A DNA stretch of 64,000 nucleotides from Paracoccaceae bacterium (GTDB taxonomy: Bacteria; Pseudomonadota; Alphaproteobacteria; Rhodobacterales; Rhodobacteraceae): contig OZ241882.1 in assembly GCA_965203255.1 (NCBI GenBank), forward strand, positions 5,391,436 to 5,455,435. The letters are read 5' to 3'. How positions within the stretch are numbered: the stretch's first letter is position 1; the number at the start of each line of letters is the position of its first letter. The notes under the pieces are model-generated. The model ran no database searches and was not told the DNA's origin. It saw only the letters and a list, made by a program, of their open reading frames with translations. Both the position numbers and the translations under genes were made by a program. Below, in pieces: positions 26,709-36,618 of this stretch.

Positions 26709-28465
26709 GGGTGTGATTTCTGTATGGCGAACTATCAATTTTTTAATGCGTTGAAATCAAAAGATATTTTCTGATTCGAGTTCGGGATTCTGCGCGGATT
26801 CGGCCAATTTCGCGAAAACCATCCGTTTCGGCTGTGGTTTTTCCACGATCACCGTGTTCGCCGCTGCTCCCGGCCTTGGCTTCTTGGGGGGTGTAGAGTG
26901 CTCCTGAAAATTCCAAAAACGCCCCTGGGCGGGGCGACAAGGAGGAGCACTCCAATGACCAACGTACAGATTGACGCCTCGATTGCCAAGAACGCCGATG
27001 GAAGCGTAGCCGTCGAAGCGACGCGGGAAGCCCTGATGGAGGCGGGTGCCGCCCTGGTGAAAAAAGCCACCGAGCTCGGCTTGGCGGGGGACGTGGCGGC
27101 GATGTACCGCCATGATCCGCTGACAGCCGAGAACCAGTTCCGGGACATGCTCTTCGGCGTGGCTCGCACCATCCTGGCCGACGCGTTCACTGCGCTTGAC
27201 GATCATGGCAAGACGGTCAAAGTCGAGGGGAAAACCTATCGCAAGGCCGCGCCCACGTCGGGCCGTGCGATGACGGTCTTCGGACCGGTCGACTTCCTGC
27301 GGTCTCGGTATCGTCCCGCGGGAACGGGTGCGTCCCTGATTCCGACCGAAGCCCTCCTCCGCCTGATGCCCGGCAGGCTGACGCCGGCGGCGGCGGGCCT
27401 CTCGCTGTACCTGATGAGCAACCTGACGGCGCGCGAGAGCGAGGACATGTGGGAGAAACTGTGCGGCCAGGGGCCCTCGGTGGCCTCCCTGGTGCGATTG
27501 TCCGGGGATGCCGGAACCTGCATGGAGGCGTGTTCCGACGATGTTCTGGACGGCCTCCGGGAGGAGGAAGAACTGCCGGAGGAGGCGACGTCGATCCTGG
27601 TTTCCCTGGACGGCGTCATGATGCGCATGCATGCCGAAACGACCGAAGAACCAGCCACGGACGCGGGCTGGCGCGAGGCGTCGAGCGGCGTGGTGGCCTT
27701 GGTCGATGGCAGCGGTAACCTGCTGGAAAGCCGGTACTTCGGCCGTCTTCCCGAGACCGGCAAGACGAGCCTGAAAGCACAGTTGACGGCGGAAGTACGC
27801 CACTGGCAGTCGGTCAATCCGGACCTGAAGCTGGTGGCGGTCGCTGACGGCGCGAAGGACAACTGGACGTTCCTGGAAGCGCTGGATCCCGAAGTCATGC
27901 TTCTAGATTTTTGGCATGTGACTCAACACCTTCAGGCTGCGGCCGACGCCGCCTTCGGTCCGAACACCGCCGCCGGGACGGTCTGGTTTGAGAAATGGCG
28001 GCACTGGCTGCGCCACGACCCCAAGGGGGCCAGCAAGGCGATCGACGCCTTGCGCTACCTGATGCGGAAAGGCAAGGGAGCCGCCGTCATCCGGAGAGAA
28101 CTGAACTTCTTCCGCAATCATCGTCACCGCATGCACTATGCGGACGCTGCCGTCGCCGGCTTCCCCATCGGTTCCGGTGCCGTGGAAGCCGCCAACAAGG
28201 TGCTCGTGACGACCCGGATGAAACGCTTCGGGCAGCGCTGGGGCCGTGACGGCAGCCAGGGCGTCCTGAGCTTCCGGTCGCTTCTCAAGTCCGGACGTTT
28301 CGACCGAGCCTGGGCAGCATTGGTCCCGCGCCTGGGCCGCGGTGGCGGCTGGAAGCTGCCACCCTGCGCCAACGAGAACCGGCAGGTCGTGCAGGTCGCG
28401 CTCGTCGCATGATTCTTGGCTAGGTCATTGTAAGATTAAAAAGTGACCATATGAGAATCACACCC
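26709..28465 (+). mobile_element. Intact ISKra4-family insertion sequence with 8-bp target-site duplication
   Basis: The IRL GGGTGTGATTTCTGTATGG (26709-) pairs with the reverse complement of 28447-28465, GGGTGTGATTCTCATATGG. The direct repeat TTGTCTGA is at 26701-26708 and 28466-28473. The interior is much more GC-rich than the flanks. Confidence 0.85.
26955..28412 (+). CDS. ISKra4-family transposase
   Basis: The C-terminal FPIGSGAVEAANKVLVTTRMKRFGQRWGRDGSQGVLSFRSLLKSGRFDRAW matches the ISKra4-type consensus (GSG.VEA..K.....R.K..G.RW...G....L.LR....S.R.D..W). Start chosen at MTNVQID. Confidence 0.8.
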   Translation: MTNVQIDASIAKNADGSVAVEATREALMEAGAALVKKATELGLAGDVAAMYRHDPLTAENQFRDMLFGVARTILADAFTALDDHGKTVKVEGKTYRKAAPTSGRAMTVFGPVDFLRSRYRPAGTGASLIPTEALLRLMPGRLTPAAAGLSLYLMSNLTARESEDMWEKLCGQGPSVASLVRLSGDAGTCMEACSDDVLDGLREEEELPEEATSILVSLDGVMMRMHAETTEEPATDAGWREASSGVVALVDGSGNLLESRYFGRLPETGKTSLKAQLTAEVRHWQSVNPDLKLVAVADGAKDNWTFLEALDPEVMLLDFWHVTQHLQAAADAAFGPNTAAGTVWFEKWRHWLRHDPKGASKAIDALRYLMRKGKGAAVIRRELNFFRNHRHRMHYADAAVAGFPIGSGAVEAANKVLVTTRMKRFGQRWGRDGSQGVLSFRSLLKSGRFDRAWAALVPRLGRGGGWKLPPCANENRQVVQVALVA

Positions 28466-28581
28466 TTGTCTGATCAGCTTCCTTTCAGGAGTCGCAAAGC
28501 CTCTTGCGGCATTTGACGGATGGCTATCGACTGCAACCATTCTGGATTGAGCGAATGGGCAAGGACAGTCTGAACAGATGG

Positions 28582-28761
28582 TCAGCGATTTCCGGTTCCG
28601 TGCTTCCTGATATACCGTCGTATGAATCGGCGGATCTCACGGGCTGCGCTGGTATCCCGCTCTTTGCACAACGTCACGAAGGCATCGCGTTCCGACTTGT
28701 CCAATCGTAGCACCAACTGACTGTTTTTTCCGCCAGGTTTTTCTCCGGATTCTCCACTCAC
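28582..28761 (-). CDS. Ribbon-helix-helix (CopG/MobC-like) small DNA-binding protein
   Basis: SQLVLRLDKSERDAFVTLCKERDTSAAREIRRFIRRYI has the RHH pattern. An internal GTG start at 28761 is assumed, because the N-terminal part of the 99-aa ORF is not protein-like. Confidence 0.45.
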   Translation of the reverse strand: MSGESGEKPGGKNSQLVLRLDKSERDAFVTLCKERDTSAAREIRRFIRRYIRKHGTGNR

Positions 28762-29079
28762 GCAGCACTTTCTCCCATGCCCATTGACGACCGACGATTG
28801 AAATGTATATACATGCAATATACAGGCCGCAATCAGATAAGCGGCATCCGCTTGAGAAAGGGATAGAAAATGACTCTCCAAACGGCAAGATGCATGCTGG
28901 TCGGGGATCGATTGGATAGGTCCAGACCCCAGTTGCTGTGGCTTAGCGACTCGCTTCCTTATCGGATTCGAAAACGGGCATGGCTCGGTCTATGGCTTCC
29001 TGGCACCGGCTGACTCCAAAAGGCAAATGGCTCAGGTTCCGGTGGGCGTTTTGGGTGTCCAGACAGCTGTGATCATCAT

Positions 29080-29997
29080 GTGATGGGTGAAATGACAAGA
29101 CGATTCAGGATTGATGCGGAGACACTTCCAGACCTTCCCGGAATGATGTTGGCTACGGTCGAGGCTCTGAAATGCCTAGGTGGGTCAGCCACGGTGCAGG
29201 AACTCGACGAAAAGGTGATTGAGCTTGAAGACGTGACCGAAGCCGAACAGGCTTTCACCATGCCGAACACAAAAAAGTCGCGGTTGGGCTACTACCTTGC
29301 TTGGGCGCGCACCTATCTTAAGCGCGGTGGCGCGGTGAACAATTCCTCGCGAGGGGTCTGGGCGCTGACGGCAACCGGCGAAGCACTTGTCGACTTCGGC
29401 GCGGTCCGAGCGATCCATGATCGGGTAAACCAGGAAATGCGCGAGCGTTCGCGCCAGAAACGTTTGACTGCCAAGGAAGCAGGTGCAGACGCGACCGACG
29501 AAATCGAAATCATGACCGAGGACGGAACGGCCGAGGAAACGGATTGGAAGTCCGAGCTGTTGGCTGTCCTGGGGAAGATACCTCCTGACAGGTTCGAACG
29601 ATTGGCACAGCGCCTCCTCCGCGAGGCAGGTTTCATAAAGGTCGAGGTGCGTGGCAAATCCGGCGACGGCGGGATCGACGGTGTCGGTGTGCTGCGCGTA
29701 AACCTTGTGTCGTTCCAGGTGTATTTTCAGTGCAAGCGTTGGAAGGGAAGCGTCAGCTCCAAGGAAATCCGGGATTTTCGTGGTGCGCTTCAAGGGCGCG
29801 CGGACAAAGGGCTGTTCATCACCACGGGGCACTTCACCATCCATGCGTCAGATGAAGCCACCCGCGACGGCGCGATCGCGATTGATCTGATCGACGGTGA
29901 TCGGCTCTGCGATCTGTTGAAGGAAAACCAACTGGGGGTGGCAACACAGATGATTGAGCGGGTGCGAATTCAGCCCGACTGGTTCAATGGCATTTGA
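29080..29997 (+). CDS. mrr: Mrr-family type IV restriction endonuclease
   Basis: N-terminal Mrr_N winged-helix pattern (...YYLAWARTYLKRGG...) and a C-terminal Mrr_cat core (FERLAQRLL...GDGGIDGVG...FQCKRW...). Confidence 0.85.
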   Translation: MMGEMTRRFRIDAETLPDLPGMMLATVEALKCLGGSATVQELDEKVIELEDVTEAEQAFTMPNTKKSRLGYYLAWARTYLKRGGAVNNSSRGVWALTATGEALVDFGAVRAIHDRVNQEMRERSRQKRLTAKEAGADATDEIEIMTEDGTAEETDWKSELLAVLGKIPPDRFERLAQRLLREAGFIKVEVRGKSGDGGIDGVGVLRVNLVSFQVYFQCKRWKGSVSSKEIRDFRGALQGRADKGLFITTGHFTIHASDEATRDGAIAIDLIDGDRLCDLLKENQLGVATQMIERVRIQPDWFNGI

Positions 29998-30375
29998 CTG
30001 TCCAGTCGTCGATTTCGGGCCAGGCGAGCCATTGATCCGCAGTACTGGGTAGGGTCTCTCCCAACCGAAAGCAGACGGGAGAAATGGACTCGATTCAGCG
30101 GACCATCCGTCTGGATGGGTTCAATGGCTGACGACTGAATCATATGCGACTCTACTGAGATGTGAGTTGGTGCTGAATTCTCCAAGGGCCCTGTTGACAT
30201 CGGATGCGCCAACAACTCGAATGCCGGGCGTTAGCTCAGACAGGACAGCCATCATGGCCGTCATTGGATTTGACCGTGACTTGACCAATTCCGGGATCTC
30301 TCCCAATATCGACACCCTGCGATTGCGCATCGGTCGGAAGAGCCCGATATCCACTGATTTTGTTGGCCGATACGC

Positions 30376-30909
30376 ATGAAAGCGGACATCAAGGACTACA
30401 TCCGCACCATTCCGGATTTCCCGCACACCGGGATCATGTTTCGCGACGTTACCACTCTGTTCGGTGATGCACGCGGGTTCCGCATGGCGATGGATCGGAT
30501 GCTGCACCCTTACATGGGATGCAGGATCGACAAAGTCGCAGGGCTGGAGGCACGTGGGTTCATCCTGGGAGGTGCCATCGCCCACCAACTCGGTTGCGGC
30601 TTCGTTCCGATCCGGAAGAAGGGCAAGTTACCAAGTGTCACAATCTGCGAACGCTACTCACTGGAATACGGCGAGGCTGCGGTTGAAATTCACCAGGACG
30701 CCGTGGAAGCCGGTGAGACTGTCCTGGTTGTCGATGACTTGTTGGCCACGGGTGGCACTGCGGAAGCTGGGATCAGGCTGCTTGAGAGGCTCGGTGCCGA
30801 TATCAGTGGCTGCTCGTTTATCGTTGACCTGCCAGACCTCGGAGGCCGGAGGCGACTCACTGAACTGGGGCTGGGTGTTCATGTGCTGTGCGAATTCCAG
30901 GGATCATGA
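30376..30909 (+). CDS. apt: Adenine phosphoribosyltransferase
   Basis: [20 protein letters not shown] and the PRPP motif [14 protein letters not shown]. Confidence 0.95.
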   Translation: MKADIKDYIRTIPDFPHTGIMFRDVTTLFGDARGFRMAMDRMLHPYMGCRIDKVAGLEARGFILGGAIAHQLGCGFVPIRKKGKLPSVTICERYSLEYGEAAVEIHQDAVEAGETVLVVDDLLATGGTAEAGIRLLERLGADISGCSFIVDLPDLGGRRRLTELGLGVHVLCEFQGS

Positions 30910-30958
30910 GCAATCATCTTGGAACGCTTCACGTTGAGACGGTTTGGTTGGTTCAACG

Positions 30959-32386
30959 TTAGGTGGGGTCAGGCAGCGAAATAACGGCGCCCGGATTCAT
31001 GATTCCCAAGGGGTCCAGGGCGTCCTTGATCGCCCGCATCGCTTCGAGCTTTGCCGGATCGCCATATCGTTCCAGTTCACTTACCTTGAGCCGTCCGATC
31101 CCATGTTCTGCGCTGATCGACCCGTCCAAATCAGCGACGAGATCATGTATGGCGCGTCGCACCGCGTCCCGTGTCTTTGGGGGCACTGCGCTGGCCTGCC
31201 CGGTCTCTGCAAACACGTTGTAGTGCAGATTGCCGTCGCCCAGATGACCGAAGCAGTTGATTCGAAAATCGCCTATCGCCGCAATCAAGGACTCACCACG
31301 GGAAATGAATTCAGGGATCGCACCTAGAGGTACGGATATGTCATGGCTGGAAACAGCTCCAATGAGCCGGTTTGCTTCGGGAATGGATTCGCGCACGGCC
31401 CAGAACTCGTTACGCTGTGCTTCGGTCAGCGCGACCAGACCGTCGGTCACCAGTCCTGAGTTGTTGGCCGCTGTGAAGAGCGTCTCCAGACGGTCCCGTG
31501 GATTGCGGTCAGATGTCAGCCCAAATTCGATGAGCACTAACCAGTCCGGTGGATCCAGATATGGAAGGCGTAGTTGTGGAATGGTCTCGGCAATGAATCG
31601 AAGACCAGTCCCGGAGACAAGTTCAAAGGCCGTCAGTTCGCTACCGACGATGTCGCCAGCCATTGAAAGCAATTGGAGGGCGGCACTCGGGTCCGGAACA
31701 GTCAGCAGTCCGGCAGCAACGGTTGAGGGACGCGGAAACAGCCTGAGGCTAGCCGCCGTGATAACACCAAGCGTGCCTTCCGAGCCAACTAGCAGCCCCC
31801 TTAGATCATAACCGGTGTTGTCCTTTCGTAGCCTCTTTAGGCCATGCCAAATTGTTCCTGATGGCAACACGGCTTCGAGACCAAGACACAATTCCCGTGC
31901 CGTACCATACCGCAGGACGTTTATGCCGCCTGCATTGGTTCCGAGCAAACCGCCAATACGGGCCGAACCCTTGGAGGCGATTGAGAGTGGAAAGATTCGG
32001 TCAGCAGCCTCCGCCGCTTCCTGTACCGTCGAGAGAACAGCACCGGCCTCAGCGACGATTGTGTTCTCCTGAGGATCGACTCTTCGGATCGCAGTCATCC
32101 GCTGCATTGAGAGAATCAACGGAAGCGGTTCGCCAATAGGGGAGATTTGGCCTCCAACGAGACCGGTGCCACCCGCATAGGGCACGACCGGGATGTGAGC
32201 CTCGGATGCGGAACGGATGACAGTTGCAACCTGATCGGCTGTTTCCGGAGCAACCACAACCCCCGCTTGGCCACGGTAGTGCCCGCGAGGCTCTTCCAGA
32301 TAGTTCTGGTTTGCTTCACGGAAGGATTCGGAAGGCAGCAACGCCCGGAGACGCGCCACGAAATCGTCGTTGACGGAGTTCAGCAT
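30959..32386 (-). CDS. FAD-linked oxidase (GlcD / D-2-hydroxyacid dehydrogenase family)
   Basis: 475 aa. PCMH-type FAD-binding N-terminus (VVAPETADQVATVIR...VVPYAGGTGLVGG) and a C-terminal HGIGRLK. Confidence 0.85.
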   Translation of the reverse strand: MLNSVNDDFVARLRALLPSESFREANQNYLEEPRGHYRGQAGVVVAPETADQVATVIRSASEAHIPVVPYAGGTGLVGGQISPIGEPLPLILSMQRMTAIRRVDPQENTIVAEAGAVLSTVQEAAEAADRIFPLSIASKGSARIGGLLGTNAGGINVLRYGTARELCLGLEAVLPSGTIWHGLKRLRKDNTGYDLRGLLVGSEGTLGVITAASLRLFPRPSTVAAGLLTVPDPSAALQLLSMAGDIVGSELTAFELVSGTGLRFIAETIPQLRLPYLDPPDWLVLIEFGLTSDRNPRDRLETLFTAANNSGLVTDGLVALTEAQRNEFWAVRESIPEANRLIGAVSSHDISVPLGAIPEFISRGESLIAAIGDFRINCFGHLGDGNLHYNVFAETGQASAVPPKTRDAVRRAIHDLVADLDGSISAEHGIGRLKVSELERYGDPAKLEAMRAIKDALDPLGIMNPGAVISLPDPT

Positions 32387-32423
32387 TGAGGCGTATCGAT
32401 CCGCTCAGCAGCTTAAGGTGGCG

Positions 32424-33254
32424 CTATTCATCAAGAAAGTTTGGTTGCGTCAGTGGCTCCAGCACCACCACAGTTGGGCGCGATGGAAGGGTGAGTAGCG
32501 AGACGACCAATTCGGAGTCTCGCGACCACCGTACATCAAATTCGTCTGACATTTTCTGAACGAAACTTTCGAGTGTTCCGCGTCCGAACCAATGCATAGG
32601 GATTACAACCGAAGACTTCAGGCGTTTCATGATGCGGACCATTGTCTCGGTAGGAAGGGTCATTCCTCCGTCGACCGCGGCCATCACCACGTCGAGTCGA
32701 CCGATGGACGCATAGTGCGTGTCAGTTGGCTCATGGTGCAGGTGTCCCAAATGGCCGATGCACAGTCCGGCCGCCTCGAATATGAATATGGAGTTTCCGT
32801 TCCTTTCCTCCGCCCCACCGAAACGACCCCGGATGTCGGTCGATACATTGCGTATCAGCATTTCACCGAGATCCAGATGATGCTCCACACCATCTGAGGT
32901 ATCTCCCCACCCTTTGAGAACATGCTTGATTCCGGGGTCGGGATGCATCGTCCAATGGGTGGTGTGCGCGTGATTCATTGTCACGACGTCGGGCACGAAA
33001 CCTGTCCCGCCAAAGTAGCCGGCATAATCGGTCACCGCGCTCAAACCTCCTTCGGTCTGGATGAAGAACATGGCGTGGTCGAGATAGATGACCCGGACCG
33101 AATTTTCCGGTGGCCGTGACTCGAAACTGGCATTGTGCAGATACTTCATGTCTGGAGCCGCATCGGCGATGGCGATGCAGTGGCTCGGACGCCGGTCCTG
33201 CGCTGCAGCGGCAGTGGTGATCAGTACGAGCGCAATGGCGACAAGACGTAGCAT
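32424..33254 (-). CDS. Secreted MBL-fold metallo-hydrolase
   Basis: Signal-peptide-like N-terminus (MLRLVAIALVLITTAAAAQ). His-rich motifs NHAHTTHW and HLGHLHH. Confidence 0.6.
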   Translation of the reverse strand: MLRLVAIALVLITTAAAAQDRRPSHCIAIADAAPDMKYLHNASFESRPPENSVRVIYLDHAMFFIQTEGGLSAVTDYAGYFGGTGFVPDVVTMNHAHTTHWTMHPDPGIKHVLKGWGDTSDGVEHHLDLGEMLIRNVSTDIRGRFGGAEERNGNSIFIFEAAGLCIGHLGHLHHEPTDTHYASIGRLDVVMAAVDGGMTLPTETMVRIMKRLKSSVVIPMHWFGRGTLESFVQKMSDEFDVRWSRDSELVVSLLTLPSRPTVVVLEPLTQPNFLDE

Positions 33255-33401
33255 TGAAACCAGTATTACCTGTTCCTGACAGCAATTGATAGACTGGAGT
33301 TGTCCATTTGACCAGTCTAGGTGTCGAACTCAGCTTGCCAGTCATTTGCCGCCCGACGTAAGGGCAGGTGATGGTCAATCGCAAGGGACGGGAAATCCGG
33401 A

Positions 33402-34278
33402 ATGGCTCGCATAGCCTTCATTGGAATGGGAGAGGCAGGATCCGCGCGGGTTGCCGGTTGGGGAAAGGGTGTTCACGAAGTTACGGCATTTGATCGAAAG
33501 ACGAACTGCCGTGAATCACGCCCGGAGGTGTTGGTCCGATATGCTGACTTGGGGGTGGAAGGCTGCGAAAGCTATGAGCATGCGCTGGCAGGGGCTCGTC
33601 TGGTCATGTCGGTTGTAATCTCTGATAAGGCCGTAAATGCAGCAACGGCCGCTCATCTCGATCAAGGTGCGTATTTCTGTGACCTCAATTCCTGCGCCCC
33701 ATCGTCCAAACGGATATCGGCCGACAGGGTTCATCGCACTGGTGCATGTTAGGTGGATGTCGCTGTGCTGTCGCCCGTCTACCCGACCCTGAAACTGGTG
33801 CCGTTGCTGCTGTCCGGACCGTGTGCGGAAGATGTGGCTCCAGAACTGGAGGCGTTGCCGATGAATCTCCAAGTGATTGGGGGGCGGAGTTGGCAAGGCG
33901 TCGGCCATAAAGATGGTGCGTTCGGTATCAGTGAAAGGGCTGGAGGCACTGACAGCGGAGTTCTTTCTGGCGGTCGAGGCGGCTGGCATTGCTGACGAGG
34001 TTTTGCCGACACTTGGTCTGAATTATCCAGACTTCGGTTGGGAACGGCAGGGCTTCTACAATTTCGAACGTGCATTGACGCATGGCGCCCGCAGAGCCGC
34101 TGAGATGGTGGAAGTCAGGAAGACGCTGGATGATCTGGGTCTACCGGTAGGAGTGACCACTGCGGCGGTTGAATGGGAGGCACTGCTGTCCAAGGCGCCG
34201 GTGGAACCACCGTCAAATGCTGATGAGAAGGACGTCATGGGACTGGCAGCCAGGCTGCTGCCCCACATCAGGAATTGA
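33402..34278 (+). pseudogene. NAD(P)-binding oxidoreductase (6-phosphogluconate dehydrogenase-like N-terminus plus DUF1932-like C-terminus), disrupted
   Basis: MARIAFIGMGEAGS Rossmann start. In-frame TAG at 33750-33752. The reading then continues in the same frame and needs a +1 shift in the G6 run at 33879-33884 to join ...GVGKASAIKMVRSVSVKGLEALTAEF. Confidence 0.65.
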
Positions 34279-34413
34279 GTTCTCTTTGCGACGAGTATCG
34301 ATTTCGGGACCGGGAATGATCTCTGCCAGAGGTCGCTAGGCCCAGGATTCCGATACATCCGGACCATTTTGGTGCCGAATGAGAGAACTTTCACTCCTCG
34401 GCAGGGACCCGAC

Positions 34414-35484
34414 TTAAGTGCGGACGCACGTCACATCGCCAGTTGCCGCACCAACTGCGTCTGCAACATTCGCAAACCCATCCCTTGCAAGCAGATCATC
34501 CAGCCCATGTGCAATATCTGCGGAGAGCGAAATTCCTGCATAGGTCATTGCCGTATAGAACTGGACAGCTGTAGCCCCTGCCAGTATCTTGGCATAGGCG
34601 TCCTTTGCGTTACTGATTCCGCCTACGCCCACGAGTGGAATGCGACCGCCAATCAATCGGTGGAACTGGGCAAGGACTTGCGTTGATCGATTGAATAGAG
34701 GGATTCCCGATAGGCCACCTGATTCAGATTGGTGCCGACTCCTGAGATCCTCACGAGTGACTGTGGTGTTGGTAGCGACTATTGCGTGAATCCCGCAGGC
34801 GACAGCGACTTCGGCGACCTCAGCGATGGAATTTTCGGCTAGGTCAGGTGAAATCTTCAGGAAGATCGGGACCGGCTGGGGGAGGTGGGCTCGCGCTTCC
34901 ATCACATCGGCAAGCAGTGCGCCCAGCGCCTCCTTGACCTGGAGGTCGCGAAGATGCTCGGTGTTTGGCGACGATACGTTTATGGTGGCAAAGTCCACAA
35001 ATGGTCCACAGCGGCGTAGGACGGCAACGAAATCAGCGGTGCGGTCGACGCTGTCCGCATTTGCGCCAAGATTGAGGCCGACAGGGATTCCCATCGGTCG
35101 CCTGGCGAGGCGCTCGCCAATCGCTTCCATGCCGTCATTGTTGAATCCGAACCGGTTGATCACGGCCCGATCCTCCTCGAGACGGAACAGTCTTGGGCGC
35201 GGATTTCCAAACTGCGGCTTGGGAGTGGCCGCACCGACCTCCACGAATCCAAATCCCGTGCGCATCAGGGGAGCTATTGCAGTGGCGTTCTTGTCAAGGC
35301 CTGCGGCCAGCCCGACAGGATTGGGAAGCGAGAGTCCCGCAAGAATGGTTGTGAGCCGTGGAGAAGTTACGGGCCCCGGTGTCGGTGACAAACCCGCCCT
35401 GAGTGCGCGTAAGGCCAATTCATGGGCGGTTTCCGGATCGAGACGACGCAGAACAGCGAGACCTAGGCGCTCGAGTGGATTCAT
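34414..35484 (-). CDS. pyrD: Dihydroorotate dehydrogenase (quinone)
   Basis: The [29 protein letters not shown] and [10 protein letters not shown] motifs are class 2 DHODH. Start chosen at MNPLERL (ATGA overlap with the upstream gene). Confidence 0.9.
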   Translation of the reverse strand: MNPLERLGLAVLRRLDPETAHELALRALRAGLSPTPGPVTSPRLTTILAGLSLPNPVGLAAGLDKNATAIAPLMRTGFGFVEVGAATPKPQFGNPRPRLFRLEEDRAVINRFGFNNDGMEAIGERLARRPMGIPVGLNLGANADSVDRTADFVAVLRRCGPFVDFATINVSSPNTEHLRDLQVKEALGALLADVMEARAHLPQPVPIFLKISPDLAENSIAEVAEVAVACGIHAIVATNTTVTREDLRSRHQSESGGLSGIPLFNRSTQVLAQFHRLIGGRIPLVGVGGISNAKDAYAKILAGATAVQFYTAMTYAGISLSADIAHGLDDLLARDGFANVADAVGAATGDVTCVRT

Positions 35485-36242
35485 CCAAACTTGGCCCCGG
35501 ACTCCGCTGGCGCACATCGGATAAGGCGGGAAGTGCGGACTGCCGCCTGCCGGTGCACGACGGCACGGCGGTATTCCTGGTCAGTCACCATTGCGAGAAA
35601 GGCATGCGCTGTGGGGTAGCGGGCGATAAAGACCCTGTCCCAGCGCTCGCCCTCGGATCCAATCAGGATGGACTGGAAAGAACCGCGCCAGACAATGCTG
35701 GCACCGAGCCGCTGAAGAATTGGTGCCGTCTCGCGCCCATAGCTCGAATATGCCTCGTCGCCCGACACGGTGCGGCCTGCGAATTCATGATCATCCGGAT
35801 ATCGTGCGCGGGTCCGCAGGCGCACGAGGTTGAGCATATCGATTGGATGGTCGCGCTGTAGCGCCTTGAATGTGTCGAACTGCGCACGCGTTGGATCTAT
35901 GTGGCCTGCAATTTCTTCAGGAAAGAGATGTCCAGCCGCCACATTTGGCAGGGGCTTGGCCCAAATGACGTCGGAACGTCGCAGATTGCCATATAGATGT
36001 GGAAAGAGTTGGCCGCTTCGAGAAAGTTCCCATTTCAGCGCCAAATCGAGTCTATCGCTTTCCACGGCCAGTAGCCAGAGTAGGGTTTCGTGTCCAAAAT
36101 GTTTCGCCGCCGTCGTCGGCAACTGTTCGGCGGTGGAGAAATGAATGAAACCATCCGCAAGATCATCTGGCGATCCGGCTGTCTCTCCGGCTTCCTCTAG
36201 CGTCGCCCATTCGGACTCGCGCAGAATCTTGTAGATGAGCAT
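35481..36242 (-). CDS. DUF952-DUF1330 fusion protein
   Basis: The N-terminal [12 protein letters not shown]...[11 protein letters not shown]...FPHLYG is DUF952. The C-terminal half (MLNLVRLR...[23 protein letters not shown]...[10 protein letters not shown]...AF) is DUF1330-like. Confidence 0.65.
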   Translation of the reverse strand: MLIYKILRESEWATLEEAGETAGSPDDLADGFIHFSTAEQLPTTAAKHFGHETLLWLLAVESDRLDLALKWELSRSGQLFPHLYGNLRRSDVIWAKPLPNVAAGHLFPEEIAGHIDPTRAQFDTFKALQRDHPIDMLNLVRLRTRARYPDDHEFAGRTVSGDEAYSSYGRETAPILQRLGASIVWRGSFQSILIGSEGERWDRVFIARYPTAHAFLAMVTDQEYRRAVVHRQAAVRTSRLIRCAPAESGAKFG

Positions 36243-36618
36243 GGAGACCTGTTGCCTAAACCGCTGCGAATCGTCAACCGTATGTCAAAAGTCGTTCACT
36301 CTCTGTGCGGCAAATCGGCTCTTGAGGCCTATCTCCCTGACCAAGGCGGTTTAGGATGTTGTGGCGGGTGCCGCGCGGTCGGATTTCCCGATCCGTTGCG
36401 GAGAACGCGCCAGTGCCGCCGCAGGGCGACCCCGACGGCAGGGAAGGAGGAGATTTCCGAGATGCAGGGGCTTCTTGAGGGAGCGAGGCCGGGCTGCGCT
36501 TCAACGGCAGGGTCCCGGTGACCGGCATCACTGTGATGCCACCGGAGACCGAGGGACTGTTGGAGGTTGGCACGCCCGCCGCGCCGATGATCGTCATCAT
36601 GCTGATGATGGTGTTGGC

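Noticed and set aside
30121-30588. 155-aa minus-strand ORF overlapping the start of apt.
   Set aside because: It overlaps a confidently identified gene, and no motif or RBS is evident.
36274-36600. 108-aa minus-strand ORF in the GC-rich spacer between the DUF952 fusion gene and hipA.
   Set aside because: Its composition is Pro/Ser/Gly-rich, with no signal peptide, lipobox or motif that I can support.
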